A DNA stretch of 64,000 bases from Saprolegnia diclina VS20 (taxonomy: Eukaryota): assembly GCF_000281045.1 (NCBI RefSeq), contig NW_008246085.1:603053-667052 (forward strand), written 5' to 3'. A model generated the notes under the pieces. That model did not search any database, was not told the DNA's origin, and saw only the letters and a list, made by a program, of their open reading frames with translations. Positions within the stretch are counted from its first letter, which is position 1. Every line of letters begins with the position of its first letter. Positions 33,352 through 46,194 of this stretch are shown here, piece by piece. Position numbers and translations under genes: made by a program.

Positions 33352-34684
33352 ATGACCGACGTCGTGGTCACCGAGGAGCGCATCGGCGACGACCTGCGGT
33401 CCGTGCGCGACTTCGAGGTCGGGCTGCTACTCGGCCACGCAGGCAGCATGGACGTCATCGTCACCCATGTCCCGACGCCACCAGAAGACGGTAAGACGAC
33501 GTCCTGCGTCAGCAACGGACGCACGCCATCGTCGTAGTGGCAGTGTCGAGGCTCGCCGAGTTGTCTGTCGACTGGATGTCTGCGCATGCGAAGTCCGTGC
33601 TCTGTATGCTTCCTGGTGGTATCGACTGCCTTGGGATGTACGTGGTCACGACCGAGGAGCCCCGCGCGCTGCTTGCGATGCTCTGTCGCTACATGTGCGC
33701 ACTCCAGGCGATCGGTCGCGACATGGGCTCCTCGATGGACAGCTTGTACGTGCTATGCGTCTCGCCCAGTAGCTCCACCATATTGAGCAAGCGCTTCCAG
33801 GTGCAGGATGACGGCGGTCTCTGGTCCGAGGTCGCCTCATGCCTACGGTAGGCGCCGTCGTGGTTTGTCGAGGCCCGGCTCCAGTGGCAGCCGACCGAGA
33901 GTCTCTTGCGACGCTACGAAGCTACCATCCGCATCGACGTCAGTCTGCCAAGCCTCGCGCCGGCCGTCGTGCGTGCGTCCGTGGTGCCGCTGCTGGCGCA
34001 CGCGATTCCTATCGCGGGTCGCGATCCCGGGCGCGTCCACTTTCTCGAGCGAGTGTCGACCAATGATCTATCAGCTGTCGCCGCAGCTACTCGGCCATCG
34101 ACGTCACCTTGCCGTGCGTTGCACCTCGAAGGTTCTGTCACGTGCTGTGCGTATGCACTCGAGAGCGTATGACATGACGGGGATCGGCGGCTTCAATCTG
34201 CATGCGTAGGCGCTTCTGGGCGAGACGCTGCGACGCGACTTGGAGCGAACGATGGCGCGCCGCGCCGACCTCTTGGAGACGAAGGACGACGTCAGCAGCT
34301 GTCGTCGACGAGGTATTCTTGCGACGGCGCATCGCATGGACTGTGACATGATGCGTTTAAGCAGGTGACCACCCGCGCAACGTGGCAGTGGCTCGGCGCG
34401 CGCAATTTCGATGGCCGCGAAGTGGGTTCCTCACTGGCAACGTGCATCTCTTGACGGACGGCGATCTGTCGGACTGCGCCCATGCGATCGCGCAGCTCTT
34501 GACATCACCCACGCCCGTCGAGCTGCAATGGGTCGAGATGGAAGCCAGCCTCCTCGTGACCAACGATGCATCAATGACTACAACGCGCGTCAAAGCGTGG
34601 CATCATCCCTCGCTCTTTCCGGCGCTTCTTGCGGCCTGCGTCGCGACCCTCTTTGCATATTTGGCAAAGTCAACCCAAATGTAG
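33352..34684 (+). CDS. ODR4: ODR-4 homolog (tail-anchored ER protein)
   Basis: VGLLLG...VPTP, VDWMSAHAKSVLCMLPGGIDCLGMYV, TLRRDLERTMARRADLL, and a C-terminal hydrophobic anchor LFPALLAACVATLFAYL. Confidence 0.8.
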
Positions 34685-34753
34685 TCAAACGCGTGTCGCG
34701 AATTCATTGAATGTCTGATAAATAAGGTGTTATAAGCGTAAATAAGGGGGCGT

Positions 34754-35263
34754 CTAGTAGAGGGCGGAGAAGGACCACTCGACGGCGCGCGCCGCGAGCT
34801 TCTCGGTGTGAAAGTCGCTGAACGTATGGGGGCCGTCAAACGACTCGGCGTAGTACATGTCGTTGTCGTCGTCAACCTCGGTCGACGCGTGCATGCTCAT
34901 GGCCGGGGTCTCGGGAACATGGATACTAATTGGCTTAAACGACACAACGTGCTCTACGTCCGTCGGCGTCGTCTTGGGCTGCGTGCGCACTTCCGCAATG
35001 TAGTTGGCGTTCGCCTTGCAGTCGAGCGAGCAAAAGCCAGCGGCCGGGCTCAGGAACTTGAGGTAAATGTGCTTGCAGTTGGCGCACTTCTCGCGCTTGG
35101 TATCCCAGGACGCCGGTGGCGTGGCGAGGTCCTCGGACGCACTGCGCGGCCGCGTCTCGGAGAAGAGCATGTCGTCGTCGGCGTGCACCGTCTCGAGGCG
35201 GTCCGGACAACTCTGCGCCAGTCGCATGTTCTTCATCAGGCCGTGAAAGAGCGTTTGGATCAT
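34754..35263 (-). CDS. Small protein with an FCS/FLZ-type zinc finger
   Basis: Intronless 169 aa ORF containing CANC...GFCSLDCK. Inr GCTCATTT at 35294-35301 on the minus strand. Confidence 0.75.
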   Translation of the reverse strand: MIQTLFHGLMKNMRLAQSCPDRLETVHADDDMLFSETRPRSASEDLATPPASWDTKREKCANCKHIYLKFLSPAAGFCSLDCKANANYIAEVRTQPKTTPTDVEHVVSFKPISIHVPETPAMSMHASTEVDDDNDMYYAESFDGPHTFSDFHTEKLAARAVEWSFSALY

Positions 35264-36621
35264 GACGATGGTGGCGGGTGAAGGAATGTTTGGAAATGAG
35301 CAAGACCAAGCGGCAACTACGGAAAGGCGCCCGCGGCAGATGGCAGCGCAAGCTCACCTCGCCAGCTGGTTTCCTCAGAACCAGCCGAGCGCTCGACGGT
35401 GCACACTGGGTGCGGCGATACTGAAACCAGCATGGCCCCTGCACCGCCTGGCAATGAGAAATTGAACTCGGCGATATCTACGGTACCCCTCTCTCGCGCC
35501 CGCTGATTGGCCAAAAGCCACTGAAATCATCCACGCGTGTCGCATGCGGACCGCGACTCAGCACGTAACGCACACTTGGTACGCGAATTTCTCCCCTTTT
35601 GATTCGTCGAAATGCCGACGTTGCCCTAAAATGCACGCTGGCGTGGCCACGTTGCAGCGATGGCACGTGCGATTCCCTTATCCAGTGTGCCAGGGCGCGA
35701 GGCCCGCATGGTGAAGACGACGTGCCAGACATAAAACGACCTGCAGTCTGCAGTCACCTCGCCACGCGGTCAAGCTGCATAGACGAACGACGTCTCGCGC
35801 TGTCACCGATCAGCATTCAACTGAGGGTCCCATGCAACGGCATAGCACCTTGCAAGCAGCGCCATCTTGGCGGCTGCAAATCGTATGCGCAAGGTGGGTT
35901 TACCTGGGTTTAGCGCGTCCGCGCCCCGCGACGGACCGGGGCGCGCTATACCAGCGTACTGTAAGCTTGGAAGATGATTGACGCGCGATCGACTGGCGAC
36001 TTTCTTGACACTGGTTCGTCTGAAGCGCCGTTGTACGTACTGTAGGACCTATATCGCCTGGACGATCGTTTGAGCTGCAGGTATATTTAATTAATATACA
36101 CTGCGTAGCTGCGCTGGGATGATGGGCAGGATGGCGTAGCCAAAGCCATCCATCCCAGCCCCCGCAGTAGTAGCTCGCTCGAAATTCGAACGAAAATGTG
36201 ACGAGCTCTCGCGTGCGACAACACGTCGAATTCGCTCATGAAGAAGACGCGCCTGTCGCCGCAGTTGCGAACCGAGTTGAAGGCGGCAGTGCCAACGCGT
36301 GGGCTTCTACTGCATGTAAGTGCAGGTGGATGCTACTCATGCAGGTCTCGGGAAGAAAGTACCGGTAGTACGCGTCGCCTGGTTCTGGCAGCGGGAGGAT
36401 TCCGATGCAAATAGACGCTGCTCCACCGACTCAGCTCCTTGGTTCAGGCTTCCACGACGCAGCTTCGACCTCTTGCGCCACAGCTTTGCGCCATGCCATT
36501 CTGGTCCAAGCTGCCAAGCTTGACGCTATCGTCGATTGGATAAAAAATCAACATTTTGCCCAATCAAAAGGAGGGTGAGATATCGCCAACTTCGCTCGCC
36601 GGTTCAGGCAGACGGTCGACC

Positions 36622-39600
36622 ATGCGCATGCCCTCGTCGAGCAAGATCAACACCCACTCGCGCATGCACATGCAGACGCACACGAAGGAGTTCGTCTCGA
36701 TATCGTCTCTCTCGGATGCTGCTGTTGCCCTGCGCGTGCTCTGCGAGGCTCACGCGCTCGGCCTCGAGAAGGATGAGCCCGACATTGTGCGGCGGACCCT
36801 CAAGACCGTCGCCTACGTCTCGGGCAAGTTGCAGCACCGCATGGGCACGCTCAAGAAGGGCGCAGGCGACGTCGGCGTGCCCCGCGTCGGCGCGACGCCC
36901 GACACGACGTCGGCCAAGTGCGCCAAGTGCGCCAGGAGCTGGAACGCCTTCCAGCGCGGCCATAACTGTACGCATTGACAACGAGGCGTGGCCTCATTGT
37001 GCGTCGTAGGCCAAGCGTGTGGCCACCTCTTTTGCGGACGATGCTTGACGCCAACGCAGCTGCCGCGCAGCTTTGGTTTCGAGTCGCCGGCCAAGACGTG
37101 CGACCTCTGCCGGACGTGGCTCGCTGAGTTTATGAATGCCAAGTACGAAGAGGCCCACTTGAGCTCGAAGAAGGAGGTGCGCACAGTGCATGACGCTCCC
37201 GAGGTAAGCCCCGTCGTCGCCTGTATGTCGATGTGCCATGGAATTCCTATAGACGCTCGCGCCAGCGGACCACTCGCCCCACGGTTCTGCTGCACCTCGG
37301 TACAATCATCGTTCATGATGCTATGGTGTAGCGTTTGTCGAATTGCTCAACAGCGCGCTCGAGAAAGGGCTCTCGCCGAGCCTCCGTGCACGCCTCCAAG
37401 AGGTCTTTGATATGTACGGAGCGACGCCGCACGCCAAGACCAAGGCCATGTCCGAGCTCAAGACAGCGATGTCGTGTCTCCTCGCCGACGTGCCCGAGGA
37501 CGAAGACGACGACGAGGACGACGACGACGACGACGAGACTGCTGTCTCGGACGCGACGAACGCGTCAGTCGCCACCAAGAGCCTTGTCCCGACCTTCCCC
37601 AAGGTTGCGCTGCAGACCGTGCTCAGCCTTATGGTTGCGCTCGAAGCTGTCGACTGGACGCTCGATGGTAAGGACGACGATGACGACGACAAGGGCCACG
37701 ATGATCCCGACCAAGCTGCGGCACGCGCGCGGCTCTCGTCAGCGGACCATCGGCTCTCGACCGACCCTTCGGTGGCGCTTCTTCGGCGCGAGACGCCGAT
37801 GCTCGAGTACCAAGAGAGCACGGTCGGCTCCAATGATGACGATGATCTCAAGTCGCCGGCGACGCCGCCGCTGCCGCCCGCGATGGTCGAGTATTTCATC
37901 GTCAACCGCACCGAGACGAGTCCGCTCTTTGCGTCGTCGGCCAAGAAGGACGATCGGTGCCGCATCGAAGTGTTTACGTACCAAGGCATGATCCGCGTCA
38001 AGTCCATCTTCAACATGAACCGCCGGTTCACCTTCCGCATCTCGGACATGCAGCTCGTGCAGTTGGAGAAGGAGTATTTGCGCTGGACGTTCCCGTACCG
38101 GTCCGAGCTCGTGCTGCAGTTCCAGAACGAAGCCGCAAAGCACCACTTTTGCAAGCTCATTCAAGCCTACTTGACGACGCTCGACCCGAGCACGAAGCTC
38201 AAACGGACCTTGCCGCTCGTGCCCTTCCTCCGCGGCGAAGTCAAAATGCACAGCCAGCACTTCCCCGCTGCGTGTCTCACGACCCTCGGCGAGTTTGCGT
38301 GGCGCGGCCTCGTGCTCGTGACCAACTACCGCGTGCTCGTCGTGCCCTTTGAGATCGCGCCGCTCGTCGAGATCCCGCTCTTTTCGATCGTCTCGGTCTC
38401 ACGCGAGTCGAGCTTTGGGTACCGGTCTCCGTTCTTATTGCTGACGTCCAAAGACGTCCGGACGCTCCGATTGGACGTGACGCCCGATGACCGGCTCCTG
38501 ACGCTGCTCCACCTCATCACCAAGTTGAGCGAGTCGACGCAAAAGCTGCAGAGTGGCGAGCCGACAAGGGACTCGGTGCTCAGCCTCCAAGTGCCGCACT
38601 TTAGCTTTGCGTACACGATGACGTCGGTGACGCCCGAGACGAACGGGTGGAAGTTTGCCGATATCCTCACCGAGTACGGGCGCCAAGGCTTGGACACGAA
38701 CCCGCTGCTCCAGGTGCCCGTTTTGCATCCAGTGAGAGGTCTCAACGATCTGCTAGGTGGTCGAGAATGGCGACGGCGCCGTCTGCGACTCGTACCCGCC
38801 CCACCTGCTCTTCCCTGCGTCCCTCTCGATGGGCGACGTGCTTGCGGCCGTCAACTTTCGCGCAAAGAACCGCGTCCCGCTCATCACGTGGCAGCACCCG
38901 CGCAACCACAGCGTGCTCACACGGTCGAGCCAGCCGCTGCTCGGACGGCTCCTCACGAGCCAGAGCTGCGGCATCGACGAGGGCTTGATTGCATTCTACA
39001 AGAAGCTCTCGACCAAGTCGAGCTCGTCCTTGTACATCTTTGACGCGCGCAAGGTCAAGGCCGCCAAGGGCAACCGACTCATGGGGAAGGGCGGCGTCGA
39101 AGCCTCCGGGCAGTACACGGGCGCGATCATCAACCACCTCAACATCGCCAACATGTACAAGATGCAAACCTCGTACCTTGGTACGCCCTCGACCCTTCAT
39201 TACACGCCTAATGCTGTCGGCGTAGCGCTCATGAAGCTCTGCCTCTCGCCCGAGCACGACAAGAGCTGGTGGTCTGCCCTCGAGGTGCGCGCCGTCTTGC
39301 CCGTGGATGTAGCGTTGACATGGGAGCAGGCGACGCGGTGGTTTGAGCACTTGCACCTCGTGCTCGACGGCGCCGTCAAGATCGCGCGCGTCCTCGAGTT
39401 TGAAGGCGCGAGCGTCCTCGTGCACTGCAGCGACGGCTGGGACCGCACGTGCCAGCTCGTATCGCTCGCGCAAATCATGCTCGACCCATATTTCCGGACG
39501 CTCGACGGCTTTGCGACGCTGGTCGAGAAGGACTGGCTCGCCTTTGGGCACAAGGTACAGCCTCTCGTTGGCCTTTCTCACTGAGGAAGCTTAGTTTATG

Positions 39601-40020
39601 GAGCGACTGGGCGGGAACCGATCGAAGGACCCGACGCGCGCCAAGGTGTCGCCGATCTTCCTGCAGTTTCTCGACGCCGTGTACCAGCTCACGACGCAGT
39701 TTCCGACGTCGTTCGAGTTTGACGAGCGGTACCTTCTCCATGTCGCCAACGCGCTCACGTCCGGCTTGTACGGCACGTTCCTCTACGACAACGTGCTGCA
39801 GCGGGCGACGGCGCGCGTCTGCGACAAGACGATCTCGGTCTGGACGCCGCAGCTCGTGTCGCCGCAGCTGTTTCGAAATGCCAACTACGAGGCGCGGCCC
39901 GACCCGCTCTGGCCGTGGCCCGGCCACCAAGCGCTCAAGCTCTGGACGGGCTACTACTTTCAGCACCATGAAGTGCACGCACACAACCACATTGACGAAG
40001 AAGAGCGGCAAAAGGCCTAG
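36622..40020 (+). CDS. Myotubularin-family PI 3-phosphatase with N-terminal FYVE-like finger and PH-GRAM region
   Basis: FYVE-like CAKC...RGHNC-QACGHLFCGRC...CDLC. GRAM-like GLVLVTNYRV. Also VCDSYP, FRAKNRVP, RSSQPL, intact catalytic VLVHCSDGWDRT, DPYFRTLDGF...EKDWLAFGHKF and SPIFLQFLDAV. The start codon is tentative. Confidence 0.93.
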
Positions 40021-40061
40021 TCGACGCTGTCTTTGTTTGATACTCTCTTGATACTCTCTTG

Positions 40062-40085
40062 ATATATATATATATATATATATAT
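40062..40085. repeat. (TA)n microsatellite between convergent 3' ends
   Basis: About 12 TA units, preceded by TGATACTCTCT x2. Confidence 0.9.
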
Positions 40086-40095
40086 TCTGTCGACG

Positions 40096-41264
40096 TTAGC
40101 ACGAGGTGTCGATGAGGATCGTGCCGGGGCCGCTCGAGCCGCAGAGCTTGCTCCCGTGCTTCTCGGTGATGACGCCCGAGACGTCGCGGTTGGCGCCGAG
40201 GCCCTCGACGCGCTTCCCAATGTCGTACTTGCTCACGTCGCTGCTCGCGAGCTCGACAAAGCGCGGCGGCGCCTCGGGCCGCAGGTCGTACTCGGGGTCG
40301 AGCGACAGCTTCTCCATGACCTCGCGCGCCGCCTCCTCCGTCTCGGTCACAAACGAGGGGGGCGTCTCGCGGTAAAAGATGTACTCTTTCTTGGGCGTGC
40401 TGCCCTCGTCGCCCAGCGTCACGCGCTTTGCGTCGCGAAGGCCCTTGAGCTGCAGCACGGGCGCGGCGCTCCGAGGCGTCGCCGTCGTCGGCGCCGGTTG
40501 CTCCTCCACGTCGTCAAAGCCAAAACTCTGGAGGTCTGCAAGGCGCGGCTTGGGCGTACACCCGGGCACGCCGAGGTCCAGCGTCTCGGGCGCAGCTCCA
40601 CCGACGTCGAGCGGTGTCTCGGGTGTCACAATCGAGAGCACCTTCTTCTTCTTGACGGGTGTCTTGGCCTTCTACGCACAGGCTACCATGGAGTGCGTGC
40701 GGATAGCTCCGCGGACCTTTTTCGTGGGCGCAAGGACGAGGCCGTGCTCGGCCTGGTTCCACGACATGACGAATGCTTCGAGCCGCGTCGGGGCACCTGC
40801 ACAAGCTGTGGACCAAGCCCATTCCAGAGCGTCTACCAGCAGTTGTCACGCCCAAGTCGCCATCGGTTGCCGCGTGGGACGGCGCCTGTTGCGGCGATGG
40901 CTACACATATCTCGCATCGTCAGAACGTAGGCCATGGCGTGGGCCATACCCGCTCGAGCTCAAACGCGTCCAGCGCGGACTGGATGTTGTGCACGCGGAA
41001 GAACTCGCGGATGAGGTCGTGGATGTACCCTGCATCGCCGTCGTTCTCCTGCGACGTCTCGACCACCGGCGTCGCGAGCGCCGATGGCCGCGCATCGTCC
41101 GTCTTGACGGTCGCGCGTGGCTCGTTCGCATTGCCATTGTCGTCGTCGTCGTCGTCCAGGACAAGCTCCATCGAGATTGCCTTCTTGGAGCGGCGACTCG
41201 TCTCCTGGTGGAAGCTGTCATGGAGCGGAGCGTCGTCGTCGGTCCACGCTCCTCGCGACCCCAT
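40096..41264 (-). CDS. LisH-motif hypothetical protein
   Basis: YIHDLIREFFRVHNIQSALDAFELE fits LisH. Three short introns link it in frame to the 40096-40641 ORF. Confidence 0.7.
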
Positions 41265-41323
41265 GCCTCCCGGAATTCTGCAATAATATTGAAACGGTTT
41301 CCAATATATATATATATTGGGTC

Positions 41324-43239
41324 TTAGGGGTGGGGCAAGAGCGCGCAAAGGGCTGCTTGGACGCGCGCCTGCGACAGGCGATGAGTGACGACGCGTGCAT
41401 CGACGTCGTACCTGGTGCAGACCCGACGGCAGTCCGACTTGGGTCGAGAAGAGCACGTCAAAGCACTGCAGCATGTAGGGCACCCACTCGTCCTGGAGCA
41501 CCTGGCGTAAAAGTGAGGACGAGGAGGACGCTTGCATATCGTACCTGCGTGAGCTTGAGCAGCTGCATGTCGAGGCAGCGGGGGTCGTCCGAGTGCGCGG
41601 GTGCCACGCCAATCGTCGCGCAAAACGTCGTGAGGACGTCGGCGACGCGCTCGAGCGTCGCCTGGAGCTGCGTCGAGAAGCGGAAGCGGAGGGCGTTGAG
41701 CGTGCAGAGCCTACATGGCGTTGGTGTCTCCGAGATGCTAGACGATCGAAACCGGAGGTCGTTGAACGAAGAGAGCATGCCATTCGTGAGCTGCGCGAGG
41801 ATCGGGAAGGCCATGAGCGCGTGCGGCGGGCCATCTGCGACGCAGGTGACGACCGGTTACGGCAGCGATGTGCACCTTGGGACGCCGACATGGCGAGCTG
41901 GCGGAACGAGGCGAGCATGATGGGTGTCGCGCTGTACGCAGCTTTGGGCTGCACGTGCGCGTGGAGCGCGGCCTGGAAGTCCGAGACCGCTGCATTCCAC
42001 TGGGCCGAGATGCGCTCCAGAATGTGGTGCTCAAAGGCCACGAGCACGAGCGCTACTCGTGTGTATGAGAAGCTTGGTCCAGCGCAATGAGAACGTACAG
42101 GAAAAGTCGACTTGAACGCGACCGAGCGAGCCGGCGAAGAAGAGCATTTGCTCGAGCACCGACGCGATCGACCCAAAGTCGTCGATCTTGGGCAAGAGCC
42201 TACGCGAGGGTTAGGTCTGCACGACGACTTGTATGTACGCGTCGACGACGAGCATGAGGTCGACGACGAGCCGGACGGCCCAGTTGCACAAGGGCGTGTC
42301 CGTCTTCTCCAGCACTTGCTACATCGAGCAGCACATGACGTTTCCGTTGTACAGTAGAGGCCGCGACGACGGACCTGGTGTCCAAAGATCGCCGTGTACT
42401 GCGTAATCAGGTCAAACCACCCCGTGCGCTTGGCGTCAATGAGCTGCATGAGCTACGCACAGGTCATAGCATCGGCGATCTCGTCCGTCTCGGCGTACGT
42501 GGTGGTAGGGATCGGACGTCGCGAGGCCCTGCGTCGTGTGGGCGAGCCACTTGCTGCGGCAGTCGAGGAACTCGTGCTTCAAGGCCTCTTCGTAGCCGCT
42601 CGGAACGGGCGACCACATCGCATCGGCGCGCCGGAGGTACGCGACCAGGTGGAGGCATTTGGCCAGCGGAAGGTCCTGCTGCAGCGTCTCGATGATCTTG
42701 GACCGAAGCGTCGTCGTCGCGTCTTGCACCTCGCGCAGCTAGCACACAAAATGCAGCGATATGGACTTCAAGAGTATGCGACGTACGAGGCTGCGCAAGA
42801 TGACGTGCGACGTTGGCTTGGCGGCTTCGTCGGCCAGAAGCGTCTTTGCAAACTGGATCGCATCGAGCGCTTCCTCCAGCAAGTCGCTGGAGATACAGGC
42901 CTCGACGAGCTCGGGGATCTCGAGAAGCTCCATGAGCTGCGTGTGGTGGGCAAGGATGTATTGGATCTCCGTGTTGGTCTTGGCGGCCTCGTGGACGGTC
43001 GTGTCGAGTGCGCTGCAGGCGGCGAGAAGCTGCGGCAGAGCGGCCTCGACAGCGTTGACGTTGCCTGCGATCGTCTGGAGCTCGGCCGTCACGACCTGCG
43101 AGCACTGCTGGCTCTGCACAAAGACGTGGTAGTTCTTGAGCGCTAGCCGCGAGAGGCGCTCGCCGACGTCGTCCATCTGCCGCGCCAGCCGCCATGGCTT
43201 GCCGAGGAGCTCGTCTTGGCTCGACTGCCCGAGGAGCAT
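41324..43239 (-). CDS. COG8: Conserved oligomeric Golgi complex subunit 8 (Dor1)
   Basis: LSRLALKNYHVFV, LMELLEIPELVEACI...EEAL, LPLAKCLHLVAYLRR, WFDLITQYTAIF, LMAFPILAQLTNGMLSSFNDLR. Multi-exon. Confidence 0.92.
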
Positions 43240-43714
43240 CGCGCAGTCCGGATACGAAATAACACGTGGCTGTGTTATAACCCAAAAATTCGGAACATGC
43301 GTCTAACACGTCAAAGGCAACTTGAGCAGTATCCTCGGCCTTTTGTCGACGCCACTTCGATCTGGGAAGGTGCGCGGTCGGACGAAGGTGAGGGCGACCG
43401 GTCCATGGCATGGCGCAGGTGAGGAGATCGACGACTCAACCGGAATGGAAAGGCCAGCGCAGGGCTGTTGGCGCCTGTTTAACGCCTTTCTACGTACGTT
43501 ATACTCTGGCGACGCATGTGCGGTCAGGGCAGCGCGGTGCGCAGCGCGCGTGTCGCTGGACGTGGCAGGCGCACGTGGCACGGGGCAAAGATACAAAACC
43601 ATTTCCATGTTGCTGGAGTTCAAAGCACTCCCATTAACATCGTCGTTAGACCATACAGGCCGTCAAGCACGGCGCAATGGCAGCGGTTGCATCTCCAGGT
43701 GTAGCAGCGCAGGA

Positions 43715-44212
<498 letters not shown>

Positions 44213-44750
44213 CTAAGTGCGCCGGAACACGCACCTCACCGGACATCCGGATAAGCCAGCAACGCGTTTGTATGTCGAAGGGCTATCCGGTTACGATTCT
44301 AGAACCATCGAACGCGACCAACGGCCCGGCGCGAGGTTAATTTTACCCAATCGCGAAAGGCGCGAGATGGGACTGGGACTGCGAGGAAGGTCCATCGCGG
44401 ATCAGCGGTCGACCGTCAGCAGTCATGCCATGATGCATCGATGCATCGACCATGGCGCTGGGGCTTGCATGCGGACGAGGATGACGCGATGGAGTGTTCC
44501 GCACTGCCACTTGGCGGGCATGTGAGCAACCGCGCGTGCTTGTGAAAGTGGCCGACACAGCGCGTGAGTGCAACCAGCGGCCGGGTGGCAGGTTCCACAG
44601 CGCGGGAGGAGTGGTAGAGGCGACCGAGGCTTTTTATAACCTCAAGGACATGCGGAGCGTGTCACACCGTGGATAGCCAGACACGGGGCATGTAACGTGG
44701 GCGGGATCGTCGCGCGCAGCCCATTTCTCCAATTCGACTGCTCGTGCCTC

Positions 44751-46046
44751 ATGCGCGCAGTACCTCAAGTCCTCGCCGTCCTGGCGCTTCTCGCCGCGTC
44801 CTCGTCTGGCCAGCTCGTCTCGTGCACGGCCAAGGTGTGCGTCGCCAACAGCGTCGAGCGCACAGACGAATTTTGCCTCCGAGCGTGCAACACGGACGAC
44901 GCCGCGAACGACTGCAAAATGTTCTGCACCTGCGGCAGCACGTCGCCGGGCTACATGTGCGCCAACGTCTGCCGCAAGGCCAAGACCTCGGACGAGTGCG
45001 GCACCCCCGTGTTCCAAAAGTGCCAGGCCGATGCGTTGGCGTGCGACCGGTCGCCAGTGACGTCGCCGGCGCCGACGACTGCTGCCGCCTCGACGCCGGC
45101 TCCTACATCGGCCCCGACAACCGCGCCGACGAATGCGCCTACGACCGCACCGACGACCGCGCCGGCGACGCCGAGTCCTTCGACTGCAGGGCCTTCTCCG
45201 TCGCCGTCGCCGAGCACGGCGGCTCCGACTACCACGCCAACGAACGTTCCGACGACGAACGCTCCGACGACGAACGCTCCGACGACGACGCAAAGTAGCA
45301 CCACGTCGCCGGCGCCCACCACAGGTGGCTCGTCGACCCCGGCTCCGACCGCTTCGACGCCTGCGCCGACGACAAAGGTCTCGGCGTCGCCGACCCCGTC
45401 TGCCAACGGAACGGCTGTTCCTGGCCCATCCTCTACACCTACGACACCGGCCGTGACGTCGAAAAACGAGTCGACGCCGGCCACGACGGCACCGGTCAAC
45501 AACGGTACGGTGCTTCCTACAACGACGGCTGCCCCCACGACGTCGACCCCGAATGCGCCGTCGGGCAAGTGCTCCATGATCAGTGTCGTTGCCGACGCGA
45601 CCTATTGCATTGATGGTCCCGTGTGCGGTGGCGAGCATGGCGGGTGCCCGAAGAAGGGCGACGTGGCCACTGCCCACTGCCTCAAGGGCCTCGACAGCTA
45701 CGTGAGCGCCGACAAGTGCATCGCGCCGATGGACGCGACGTGCGAGATGATCGCGCCCCACGTCCGCGGCTGCGTCTTTGACAAGAAGAAGGCGGCGGCC
45801 GAAGCCAACGCGAATGCGTCGTGCATCCCCGTGGGCGTCTCGGGCGACGCCACGTACTGCGTGCCGGGGCCCATCTGCGGCGGCAATGGTAGCAATTGCC
45901 CCAAGAAGGGCGACAAGGCGGCGAGCGACTGCGTCGCGGGGATCCCGAGCTTCCACAGCGCCGGCTCGTGCGTCGCGCCAGCGGACGCGGTGTGCCAAAT
46001 GGTTGCGCGCGGCGTCAACGGCTGCGTCTTCCCTTCGCAGTCGTAA
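44751..46046 (+). CDS. Secreted Cys-rich, Thr/Pro mucin-like oomycete protein
   Basis: Signal peptide MRAVPQVLAVLALLAASSSG, Cys-rich N-domain, ~165 aa APTT-rich linker, and two DATYC..GP.CGG...CPKKGD.A...C repeats. Inr-FPR-like CCATTTCTCCAATT at 44721-44734. Confidence 0.9.
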   Translation: MRAVPQVLAVLALLAASSSGQLVSCTAKVCVANSVERTDEFCLRACNTDDAANDCKMFCTCGSTSPGYMCANVCRKAKTSDECGTPVFQKCQADALACDRSPVTSPAPTTAAASTPAPTSAPTTAPTNAPTTAPTTAPATPSPSTAGPSPSPSPSTAAPTTTPTNVPTTNAPTTNAPTTTQSSTTSPAPTTGGSSTPAPTASTPAPTTKVSASPTPSANGTAVPGPSSTPTTPAVTSKNESTPATTAPVNNGTVLPTTTAAPTTSTPNAPSGKCSMISVVADATYCIDGPVCGGEHGGCPKKGDVATAHCLKGLDSYVSADKCIAPMDATCEMIAPHVRGCVFDKKKAAAEANANASCIPVGVSGDATYCVPGPICGGNGSNCPKKGDKAASDCVAGIPSFHSAGSCVAPADAVCQMVARGVNGCVFPSQS

Positions 46047-46194
46047 GCACTGGACGCGTTGAGTCGGCGGATCTAAGCGATGTGTATAAAGCTGAAGTGT
46101 AAAAAGTGTGTTTTGAGTGTATCGAGCGCGTTGCTATGAATAGCGTGGCAGGATGTTTCTAGAGAAGCTGCCGCTCGTACACGTCGAGACCGAG

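Noticed and set aside
36238..36543. Small spliced ORF (MKKTRLSPQLRTELKAAVPTRLGKKVP...) upstream of myotubularin, vaguely CENP-W-like
   Set aside because: Splice choices are ambiguous and the similarity is too weak. Needs RNA-seq or an HMM search.
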